A DNA stretch of 64,000 nt from Nageia nagi (lineage: Eukaryota > Plantae > Pinophyta), in assembly GCA_050084985.1 (NCBI GenBank), contig JBITNC010000001.1:25792001-25856000 (forward strand), given 5' to 3'. Positions 25,301-37,300 of the stretch are shown piece after piece. Each line of letters begins with the position of its first letter. Position 1 is the first letter of the stretch. Under the pieces are notes generated by a model, which was not told where the DNA came from, did not search any database, and saw only the letters and a list, made by a program, of their open reading frames with translations. Position numbers and translations under genes: made by a program.

Positions 25301-28300
25301 GAGCAACAGCTTCCGCTCACTCTTCTTCTTCAGATACAATGGAGTGGCTGAGTCTCTAATGCCTTCTGGTGGTCCAGATCCAGATGTTGGGGTCATGGTC
25401 AGCTCTCCTCCTCCAACATTGGATTTTCTCCATGCCACCACTCCATAACCCAGAAGATCTTGATAAAGCTGGATGGTGATGTCTCTTTGGAACTCTTTGG
25501 TGGTTCCTCGGTAGATCTGGAGCAAGATTTCAATTTTCGATGGAGTCTTGTGTGAAGGAACAAATCTGGGCTCCCACGTCTACCCTCTCTTCTTGCTCAT
25601 CTTCTCCTCATGTCATTCGCCCAGAAACCACTAGGAGCCTCTCCCTTTCCTCCAAAGGGATCTTGTTGTCTTCAAATTTTTGAAGAAGTTGGCGGAAATT
25701 ACCCTTCTGAATTCGTACTTTTTCACTCTGGCTATAGATTTGACTTCCATTTCCTCAGGCGGCAAGATCTTCAACTTTGATACCACTAAATGATCCCAAA
25801 TACAAACTCAAGTGTAAATGATCAAATATGAACAAATATGCACCCACGTCTGGCTTAGACCCAAATCCAAGCATAAACAAACCCTTAATGACAACGTCTC
25901 ACATATACAAGCTTAAATGCACACAGACACTCCAACGTTGCAAATATGGAAGCATACACATCACATATAAGAAAAATGCTAAGATCCAATATGCCCACGG
26001 CTATATTAATGATGTAGAATGATAAATGATACAATACCAGGGCCAAAGGGCTCAATGTTGGCCTCCAAGGACCCAACTAGAGCACAAAGAACATACAAAT
26101 GTGATCACTGCTGGTACCACGAAACAATGGATGAGACAACCTCACTCCCTCAAGCCTGATGCTCTGTTGCAGAACTCCCACACCTAGAAACCATTGAAGG
26201 TAGAATTGTGACCTCGGAATACCACCGAATGGACTAAGATGCTACACCTTAGCTATAGATTAGCAAGATCCCTCAGCTTGCTATGCTACACCTAGAGAGA
26301 TTGTTGGATGTTGCGCCAAGTCTTATGTCCACTTGACGGTAGGAGAAATAATAATAATCAGGTATATCCAACAATGATGCTCCATGGCCTAATATAGCTT
26401 ACAGTGGATCTGGATCTCACCTCAAAGTCATCACCCAACCTTCATATTCCAACGTTGGCTTCCTAGAAGACCCACAAAGCTTAACGAAGGTGCCTAGGGG
26501 TCAATCCAAGCCCATGGGTCTAAAGGGCATGAATGGGTGTCTAGGAGTCTCTCCAAGGCTGGCGCATGTGTACAAGTGCTCCCAAATCCAAAGTTGGGGC
26601 AAATAGGTGTTTATCCATGCTCAAGTGACATCTAGGTGCTATACAACCCTTGGGATTCCCACAATCAATTATCGGGATCTTTAAGTACATAAAATCACAT
26701 TAAATCATGCTAGCCTATGCTTGGGAGGAAGACGTCCTACTTGGGGCTCACAGTGGGGTCCAACGTACCTTTATAACTTCTATCCCAAGTACTAACAACT
26801 AATGCACAACTAAATAAATAAATATTTACAAAGGGGAATCAGTGGGATTCCATAATTAATTATATTTTGCAAAAGGGGACGTGACATTAAAAGAACATAT
26901 GTAACACCTAAGTTAGGAGGAAAAAAATTTTGTAATGATATGGAATAATCCACTTATTATAAAATGTGGATTATTCATGTATACAAATTTGAAGCCCCAT
27001 CTATTTTTCATTAAGGGTATTTCCACATGTGTATGTAGACCCACACACTTGAAATAAAAGTGTGGGCATATGTAACTATTAAATAAGCATGGGTGGAAAG
27101 CCTTCCACCTACCATTCTCACCTAATGTGAGGATATGTATATCTTATGGACTATGGTATTCCCTTGGGTAAAAGGGTGAGCCCAAGTGGGATTTTAGCCT
27201 ATAAAAGGAAGGCCAGGCCTTGATGTAAAACATATAGTTTTAGAGAGCATTGTTATGTTAGTATTGTTGAGCTAGAATAGAGATAGGTCATGTTAGGAGA
27301 ATTAGGCATTATGGCCATAGAACAAAATTATTTGTAAACCCCTTGAAAGATTAATAAATTGATGTTAAAGTGGATGTTTCCTCTCCAAGTGAAGAGAGAG
27401 GTTTTACCACTATATATTGGTGTTATTATGAGCTTGAATTTGAGAGATCAAAGAAGGTTTATTAAGTGTTGATTTGTTGGAGGCACAAATGATCTTGGTT
27501 ATGAAATCCTTCAATTCATCAAGGATCTCCCTTCAAAACACAAGTTGTCCATTGCATTAGATCCTAGCTCCTCAACCACCTCATCCACCAATGTTACCAC
27601 TGTCTCCTTAGGACTAAGAAACACCAAGTCTTAGCCAAAAAGAGATTAGACATCATTGCTTCCCTCCACTCCAATACCAAATCCTATTGGCGCTCCTTCC
27701 TACCTAAGAGACACATTACAAGTTCCATCTCTCTTCATTATTGGAAGGAGTACGCCTCTAGCCTCTACATTATCGTTGAACAGGTCCCACCCATCTATTT
27801 CTCCCAACCTCCCACTTCAGATTTCCTTCCTCCCCCCTTGTCCATTCGACCATTTAGAGACTTAACTCAAGAAAAGCTCCTAACATTTGAAAACCTCTAA
27901 GTTGAGTTCCTCAAGCATGCCGCCCTTCCTATCGAAACTCTTCAACAATGTTATTTGTGTAGGTTTTCCATCTTCTTGGACCTCCAACATCATCCACCCC
28001 ATCTTCAAATCTGATGATCCCAACGAACCGAACAATTATTGTACCATCATGATTGGCCACACATTGGCCAAGCTATAGGCCATGATCATTGAGTAGATTT
28101 CTCAGATGGTAGACATTAGGGGGTTCCAAGCAGGAGGCCAAGTAGGCTTTCGTAGATACCATCACACCATTGATCATATATTTACTCTCAAGGCTATTAT
28201 TGAGGAGGCTAGGTTCCGAAAGTCTCTAGTGTTTTGTTGTTTTGTGAACTTCAAGAAGGCCTTTGACACTATACCCTAACACAAGCTCGTGGATAGACTT

Positions 28301-31300
28301 CAACGACTAGGAATGTTAGAGATTGGACTCATAGATATATTGACCCTCTATGAGACTCTTTTAGGTTGTGTTCGTACCGCAAAGGAACTCTCAAATTGTA
28401 TCCTTAGCACAATTGAGATGAAGCAAGGTTACCCTCTTTCTTGGACTTTATTCAGCCTTTATATTGATGAGCTAAAGTCCTTCATCCTTAACACGACCGA
28501 CCTAAGTTTGGTTGCCTCCTTCATAGTAGTTGAGTGTCCATTCTACTCTTTGCGGATGATATTGCACTACTTTCACACTCAGCTAAGCATCTACAAGGCT
28601 TCATAAACGCCTTAGAGGCTTTCAGTGCTAGACAGGAGCTTGTACTAAACCTTAGCAAGGGTAAGGTAGCGGCCTTCAATGTGTCAAAAGCCACACTAGA
28701 TTGGATCCAAATCACCATCCATGATAGTATCATCGAGACTACCTCCCCCTATGCATACTTCAGAGCACTCTTTTCAGGTCCTAAGTTCTCCATAAGGACA
28801 TCAGCCCCTCCTAGAGTTCGTTGAGGTCATGCGACAATATGCACCTTGGAGAGACAGTGCATCCAGTTACACTTTCAAGACATTTCATCCAAGCTAGAGC
28901 TATTCCAATCCCTCAAGGTTGTCATCGATGTCGATTTGCTGAGATTACTGATATGCTCCAAAAATTTGGTTTTTCTCTAGATAGATTACTTTTACCATCA
29001 GAGGATTTGACGTCAACAGATTCCACTTCAAATTCTACTTCAACAATCTGAGAGATAATCTACAAGGCCTTCATCTAGACCACTTGGGTTTCTCTGCCCC
29101 AGTTGTTGATGCCCAACTTATATCACTATACACTACTTTCAAATTGAGTGAGAATTGATCTCCCCACATGGTTACATCAGCATACATCTCCCCCCTTGGA
29201 TAGTTTCGAGTATGCTCTCACTAGCTGAGGATTGAGACCGACCACCACGTAGCCCAAGATCTGCAATTTTATCACGTCTTCTCTCTTGAGACCGAGTCTA
29301 ATGTAAAGCTCCAATTACCAATTCAAATGCAATTAAACTAAACACAAGCAAATATGCCCAACGTATGGACAAGGCTAGAAGGAATAAGCATTCAAAACCT
29401 CAATTTACCAACGTTGGATCTAGGGCATCCAATACAAGTTTGCACGACGCAATTATGCCAACATCTGGCTACTACAAGCATGCATCAATGAATAAACCAC
29501 AACATTGCAATAGTAAAGCATACACAAGACAAATATGGCGATCCAAATGCCCACAGCTATATGTAAGATAAATGATGAATAGCAATACAATACCAAGCTC
29601 CCAAAGCTAGACGTTGGCCTCCAAGGAGCCAACTAGGGCATAACTGATGTCTCTCATTGTTGGACGGATGATAGAACAATGGGATAGTCTTGCTCCCTCA
29701 AAACTTGATTCCTCTCCACCGAAGGAGCCCTCCTTTGATCTCGGAAACCACTAAAGGTAAAAGCGCAACCTCGAAATTCCACTAGATAGGCAAGGGTGCT
29801 ACATCAATGCCACATACTACAAGATCCCTCAGTTTGATAGCCCTCCTAGATGGTGCACCTAGGGGATTGCTTAGCGCCGCTAATACTTGTGTACATTGGA
29901 CGGTATCAAGAGATAAATAATAATGATCAAGTATATCCAGCAATGAGTGCTCCAAGGGCTAATATAGCTTTCCTGGATCTGGATCTCACCTCAATATCAT
30001 CACCCAGTACCCTCATTCCCCAACATTGGCACCCAAGAGTCAAATTGGGCTCAACATGGGTATCTGGGCCTCCCTCATGCTCCACATGGGTCTTGGAATG
30101 CATGTGTGGGTCTAGGAGGCATGCATGGGCATCTAGGGGGGCAACATGGGTGTTATGGGCCAATGTGGGGGTCTAGAAGTCTCTCAAAGGTTGGAGCATG
30201 TGTACAAGTGCTCATCCATCCACCTAAGTGCTAAATAGATCTTGGGATTCCCACAATCATGTACCCGGATCTCCAAGTACAATTAAACACTTAATCTTAA
30301 GCTTGGGAGGGAGACATCCCACTTGGGGCTCACAGTGGGGTCCATTGACCCATTAAGTCTTCTATCCCAAGCTACAACTTGAAAGTATAATAAAATATAT
30401 TACAAAAGGGGAATCTGTTGGATTCCATAATTAACTACAATAATGCAAGGGGGATGTCACATCTAAAGACCACTTTGTCTTTCGACACACAATTTACTAC
30501 AAGATCCATGGCCAATACCATTGTCTCTTCTGGGATTCTCACAATTCATTAGCTACACTCCTCCAATACCCAAATTAGCGTTTCTTGGCCCTATACTTCC
30601 GAAAGGCCTTCCTTCTTCATAGATGCCTTCTAGCCCATGCCCAGCAGTCGATAAAAGACCGACGTATTACATCCTTCTTTTGAGCCTCTTCTCCCAAGGG
30701 AGCTCCTAGGACACATCGAAATGAGCAAACACTCCCCCTACATCGAACCATGAGATGTATCCAAGGCCCCCAAGTTCCATTGAGGACTTGGGAGATCATA
30801 TCCTTCTTCTCTTCTAGCAGCGGTGCCACAAACACATCCCTAGAGACCAGCAGGGTCCCTCCCTGTGGTAGAGAGCACAATTCCTGCTCCCCAAAGAGGT
30901 CCAAGATGGTTTCCCTTTAGCTGACTATGATTTTGTTCCTCCCCCTCTTTAGGGTTTGGATCTTTTGTACGGATGCTTTTGTTTATATCACCCTTTTATG
31001 CTTTCTTTAGATGTTGCCCATTAGGGGCTTTGCTAGCTTCATGAGCATGTTTGTACATATTAGTCACACTAACCGTTTTTGGTCACCCGAGGACATTACT
31101 ATACTTTCTTTCTTTCTTTTTTTCTATCATCTACTTAAATTCTTGTATCTCCTCTTGTTAATTTGCAAAATCTTAACTGTTGGATTTCTATACTGCATTT
31201 ATCTATTAATTTATTTTCATTCCGCAGACATAATAATATACATGTATTAAAACATTGTTATTAATTTTGTGTCTACATATAGCGTTCAAGCCAATTGAGG

Positions 31301-34300
31301 AACAAAATTTGAAGTTAACAAAGTACTAATACAGAGGAGACTCTTCACAGGTATTTTCATTCCATTGCAAGAAGAGAGAGCAAATTACTTCTTAAGAGGG
31401 GCAATGAGTAAAATAAAACCCTAAGAATGACATTTTTATTAGTTTCAAGGTGACTCTGATCTAGAGACTAGTGCGCTGCTTTAGGCCCAAACTGGACGCA
31501 TCTCAAGAACAAGACACCACCCTCTTGAAGGATTAATTTGGTCTAAATCTTGTATCCAGGCATGTATGACCTGTTTGTGTAAAAAATAGAGAGACCGTTT
31601 TTTTATCTTAAGAGATTCAATTTAATACGGCTGGCAAAATAAAAAAGAAAAACAAACATTCAAAAGAAAGAAAACTAAAAAATCACAAGGGAGACACAAA
31701 ATGAATTTGAAGTGGACACATAAGTAAGAAATAGTCAAATTTGATATAATAGATACAAGGAGGCTCTTACAGAAGCCATAAGATCCTTTGCTGCCATGAG
31801 TGATCTTCTCCCACTTTGGCACCCCTGCAAAACAAACCAGAGATCAAAATCAGCAACACATATACTAAAGTTCCAGAAGAAAACGTCTCAGAATTATGTG
31901 AGATAAACACTGAGCTAAATTCAATAAGTGAATATCATACCACAACTATTTCATCATCCTTGCTGAAATGTGATAATACGTCCTGGATGAAATTAGGGTT
32001 CTTTGCCATCCCTAAATTTGTGCCAATGCAGTATAACCATTTCTTATTAGATTTTAAATTTATAAAAACTGTGATATTGTAAAGTTTAAAAAGCTTAAAC
32101 ATAGTAACAAAATTTCAGATACCATATACTCTTTAAGTGGAAAAAGTTCATTTCAAAGATACTGATCAATTTGTAATTTTCAAACAAACCTTCTCCAGCC
32201 TTGAACATGTATGGAACATTTATAGCATCTTTAACGTGACCTGCATTAAACTCCGCAGGTGTCCTGCCAACATAGAGAGCTTCAATGTCCAGGTTAGTGT
32301 CATAGCTTTGGGCTGCCTGATTGCTCAAAATGAGCTTAAATACCTTTAATTTTACAAGAAACAATGAGATTGACATTTTATGCAGTGAATTTCTATAACA
32401 TATACAGAAGTAGAAAGTGTATTAAGTCTGGAACTCAACTCTTTGTAAGGGATGGTTAAATCCAAATGTTTTGGAAAAGTAAAAACAGAAGTCGAGGGAA
32501 AGCAATATTATTTTTTTGGCTGGCTTCTTCCTATGAGGAGAAGTGGAGTAGAAACTTCCTCGAATATTGCAAGTCAAAATTTTAAACGTTTACAATATAA
32601 GGGGAATTCATCAGTAGAAAACTTCACAATCTTAATATATGAAATTCAAAATCTAGGAAAGTTCTATACTAGCTGATCCAAAGGAAATAATCTTGGTGAA
32701 AGAATTACTTTGAAATTAGTAGATAAAAAACCATTAAAAACCAAAAACCCTAAATGAATAAGGAGTTCCATTAGAATTTATTTGTATGCTGTTGTACAAA
32801 AGATTGTTTTGAAGACATGTATAATATGATATCACATTCCAATGTCTATACAAATAGGATAGAAACAAAATATATAAGGCAGAGATAACTCTGTAAAGGT
32901 TCCATACCAAAAACCAAAAATAGGGTTGCGATATTTTTCATTGCAATCCAAAGATTAAAATGTGGAACAATTATCTTGACGATGCTCTGATTGAGTTGTC
33001 CCAATCTAGCATTCCTAGAATTGCACAACCAATGTCTCCCAAAACCACTCCGACAACCCATGGCCAATGATCCTCACAATGACATGCAAGTTAGTAAGAC
33101 ATCCAATAAGAACATCCAAGCTACGCAACAGGATGGGTAACAATGCATCCATCTTGTAGAACAAGAAAACAACGAAGGTGAAGTTACTCCCATAGATGCT
33201 TTCAAAAAAACCACCGATAGTGGTCAACAATTGTATAGTAAATATAGTGTTCAAAAGATGTTTAGTGCACCCAACTGAAGAGATGGGTTGGAGCAGGAGA
33301 TATTTTTTCAGGTTGTCCTTAAAAGACCCTTCATGTGTGTCAAAAGTGAGACTCGTTGCTTCTCAAAGGTAAAAAGCCTCTTAAACCTTTGTACAAACAG
33401 AATCATCTCGCTAGATCTTTTACATCAAAAAATCCAACAAACTATTTAAAGGAAGTATGAAAAATGTAAAATGTGGGCAAATTATGTTTTGATAAAAATA
33501 TTCTTAGCATCTACACTTTCAATGATGAACTAAAATGTAGTTTCCATATATACATGCTTTGAAATAAATAGAAAGTGAAATAATTTCACAATTCCTATAT
33601 CTAATGAGAAGCATTCTACTTATCTCCTGCATTTACAAAAGAGATATTCTCTTATATTCTATGTTTAAGACACTTTGCTTAACACCTGTATTTCCATAGA
33701 CACTTAAATTATGCTCATAAATCTAAAAATGATGTCTTCTGATGTTGGACCTCCACCAGAGGATTTACCAGCTGGTAATACATAGGATATGTTGGTCTGC
33801 TTCCTGAGGAGAGCAAAGGCATACAATCCTACCATCTTTAAGAATACGGTGGTCAGTCTCAACCTGACTAGTAGGAGAGTACAGTTAGTTGATCTAAATC
33901 AATCCTGAAGTCATGTGTTACAGTCTCATGTGTAGCATTGCAAAATCACATATAACTTTTCTTAATCCTAAATCAATAAGTCATATATTAGGGATCATAA
34001 ATCAAATTTCACATGACAAATAGAACATGAAAAACATCCTAAGGCTTAGAGGGATCAAAGAAGGCCTAGAAGGACAATTAAACATAGAATTACAAAAGCG
34101 TAACTTGCATAAAAGAAAAAAGGAAAGCAACACCTCTCCACTTGAAAATTACAGACACTTACAAGGTAAAGAAATGGGAAATGTTTCCTTTTCCCTGAAG
34201 GCCAAGGACACAAAATCCATTCTATAAATATTTTACAACGGGCTCATTTGTAGGCTATATTTGAGTGTAAAGAAGTTAAAGAGTACCTAAAGGATAGAAG

Positions 34301-37300
34301 TATATTGTGCAAGTTTGTTGCACATCCATTCATTTTTCTCGAATCATTGTTTAAAATATCTAGATGATGATTGTTGTTAACTGATCAGGTTGATTCAAGT
34401 CCAGATTGCTATAGCAGATTGATGGAAAGGCATCCAAAATTCTTCCATTTTAGATCTGTCCCTGTTTTCAAATCTGGTTGAAAATATCATGGTGAAGGCA
34501 TCTCTAGTTTAGATTTTTTTCTGTCATTTCTCAGTTTCAAAGAATGTACACCACTGCTATGACTGTACTCTACCACTACAAAGTACAAACACACTGATAG
34601 ACCAAATATCTGCAGGAATAATTTTGCATTCTCTTTTACTCATCTGTGAAAGTTATGAACATAAATATTGCCATTCATTTCTCATTTGTTCCCAAATTTA
34701 TGAAGTAACCCTAAGCTGACGTGTTTTTGAAGAGAAGGATGAGTCCAAAGAGAAAGATGCATGTTTGATATTCTTGCTCGTAGCTTTACAAGTAGACTCT
34801 CTACTCATGATTAGCATGACAATTAGGATTAAAAAAATCCAGGATGAGAACACAGAAGTTTATTTGCATATATGCAAGAGAAAAACGAGTATGGTAAGTG
34901 AAAAAATTCCAAATAGGGGTGGTTGTGACAAGCCCTATGTTCCTTGAGGCATGGAAGGTATCTTAAGAGCCATTGGTTGTTATATTCAACCAGGAAGGTG
35001 CAAAGAACAATTCTCTTGCATCCATTATGTTTTTCCCAAAGAGCTCATGCAGTATGCATGTCAAGTGAAAGGTTACATCATAAGGTATATGTTTAGGTGT
35101 TATTTTGTAGGCCATCTCTTTCTCCAATGAGGAATATTTTGTGTTGCTTGTTTACAGGTTTGAAACCCAATTTTATCACACCATGAATCTAAAGAGGTTA
35201 GATATACTTGGGATAACTAATGTTACCATCAATAATCTGTAAGGATTGTTCATCATATAAATCCATTGTATGAGTTAGAGACTATGGAGGAGAGCCCTAG
35301 GTCACTAGATCATGTCATTGGTATATATCCTCTGGAACTGCCTTGTTAACCATTCCAAAGCACATAATTTAAGGCTAAAATGCAGACAAAAGTTGCTTCA
35401 TATAATTTATTTCAGACAAACTTATCAGTTGTTGACTAACATTAATAAGAAACAGGCATTCATTCTAACAAAAATATAAAGCTTGGAATTCATATAAAAA
35501 AGTAGGGCTAGGTGATATGTTTTAAGAGAATCTGTAACTTGTAACCAGGTCATTAGTATCAGAAATCAAGCTCTATTAAGAAAATGATTTACATGGGTAG
35601 AATACAATGAATTTAGTTAAGAAATAATAAAGTGCCCCTCAACATCAAAACATTGATCTTCTAATTTATCTTTGTACAGAAATTTTCCCAGAATAATTAT
35701 CTATCAATATAAGCCCACTACCACAACTGGTAATTAGTATGCAGATGGCAATGACTGTTAAATTTCAATATGGGCTATACTATCATTCACCTGACATCCA
35801 AATAACGATGTCCTGCCTGGAGAAGCTCATGGGTTACCTGTACCGACACACTCTTTGGTGATCCCGTCTCCATACTCTTCCCAGTTGCTTGTATCCTGCA
35901 CACACAACATCAAGAATCAATGAACTATAATCAAATATAAAACACCATAGCATAAAGAAATCAACTATTCAAGAACTGAATGAAAAAACTAGGTTCTATC
36001 AGTCAACAAAACCTTTCAGAAATTGTGTAAACATTAACTGATGATTTATTAAGGATAATCAATTAAATTTTTACCTAATCGCTCTAAATAGTTATATTTC
36101 AAGTTAGTTGTGTCCCAATTTACCTAGGACTATTTTCATCACTTGTGTATTTTCATCACTTGTGTACCTAATATAGGTTATATGTCACTGTTTAATATTA
36201 TGAAAACATTTCACAAAATGACTTGTCTAATATTTAACATGGAATTTGTAGACAAAAATAAAAGCCAAAGTATTAAAGTATGTATAATTAATTCTGCCTA
36301 TGGAATGAAAGTATATTTATGGCAATATGCTGGATTAGATATAGCAAGTTGTTGTGCTCAAACACAGCATGCCCCAAAATCTGCAATTTTGAGGACCCAA
36401 CAATTTTGCTGAATTCATGACCACTAGAAGTCAAAGTCTCATCCATCCTGCTGCAATTGCTCATTACCCCATCATGAGCTAGAGTTGTATATCCTTTCCA
36501 ATCCAAATCACAACGAGCCCAAGAGTAAAGATGTCAAAATTTGACTAAGTTTGGTACATATGAGAGAATCTAGGGTTAGACCAAGTCTAGAGAACAAGGC
36601 AAGATGGAGAGTTTGAGCCCGAAATTGACAAGATTTGGCTAAGTCCATGACTTTTTCACATGTGTGCCCAAGTAGAAGCCCGCCAAGGGAAGAACGCATG
36701 TGCAAAAAAGACGCAATCTTGACTTTTCTAGAAATGCACCCAGCTTGAGGTGACTTCAGGACAAGGAAAAGATGAAAAATGACTAAGTATTGGCCTCAGA
36801 AGTTATCAAATTCAACTTGATCTCACACCAAGAAGGGAGAGCACCCATTAGAAAGACAAAATCTTGACTTTCTGGCACATACACTCAGCTCAAAGAGTCT
36901 CCCAGCTGGGGCGCATGCATTAAAATATACAAGAATTTGACTTTTGGGGAAGTTCGTCTGGCTAGGAGGAGTCTTCAAATGGAACCAAGGTCGTTAAGAT
37001 GCAAAATTACAAACCACAAGATGGAATTTCAAGCAAAAGAAGGGCTAAGAGGGTAAGCGCATGACAAAAAAAGTCATGATTATGACTTTCTGAGGTATGC
37101 ACCAAGATTAGGGACACCTAGAGAGCTTGCGCATGAGCAAAAGAGACAAAAATATGACTTTTTGGAGTATGCGCTTGGCTTGGATGACATTCCAAATGAC
37201 TTCAAGGTAAAAATTTGGCTAAGTTTTGTCTCTGAAGTATCTAGATCAACTTAAGATGGCATGAGAAAGACACAAGGAGTAGAAAGCATGACAAAAAAGT

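Larger units (their letters stand above)
17847..26886 (-). mobile_element. LTR element B: Ty3/Gypsy chromovirus (Reina-like), degenerate, with gag core and protease apparently deleted
   Basis: Perfect TSD TTAAA (17842-46 / 26887-91). LTRs at 25787-26886 and 17847-22327 (the latter interrupted by C). PBS TGGTATCAAAG 25775-25785 (minus). PPT ~22331-22341. RT (YPIPRVDDL; [13 protein letters not shown]), RNaseH ([16 protein letters not shown]), INT ([13 protein letters not shown]), chromodomain ([16 protein letters not shown]). Confidence 0.93.
9609..27521 (+). mobile_element. LTR element A (Copia-type, non-autonomous, internal region largely replaced), with its 3' LTR split by element B
   Basis: 5' LTR 9609-~10166 (TGTTGGAAC...), PBS-Met-like TGGTATCATAGCC 10169-10181, PPT AAGGGGGAG 17767-17775, 3' LTR 17776-17846 + 26892-27521 (...TTCATCA). 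TSD AGGTT/AGGAT. Copia RNaseH C-terminal remnant [13 protein letters not shown] at ~16650-16700. Confidence 0.85.

Noticed and set aside
32095-32376. 93-aa ORF as a stand-alone gene
   Set aside because: Only 32190-32263 is coding (exon 3); the rest is intron read-through.
35832-35840. Strong internal donor CAG|GTAACC in exon 2
   Set aside because: Its use would remove 47 nt including LDVR and shift the frame; no evidence of use.
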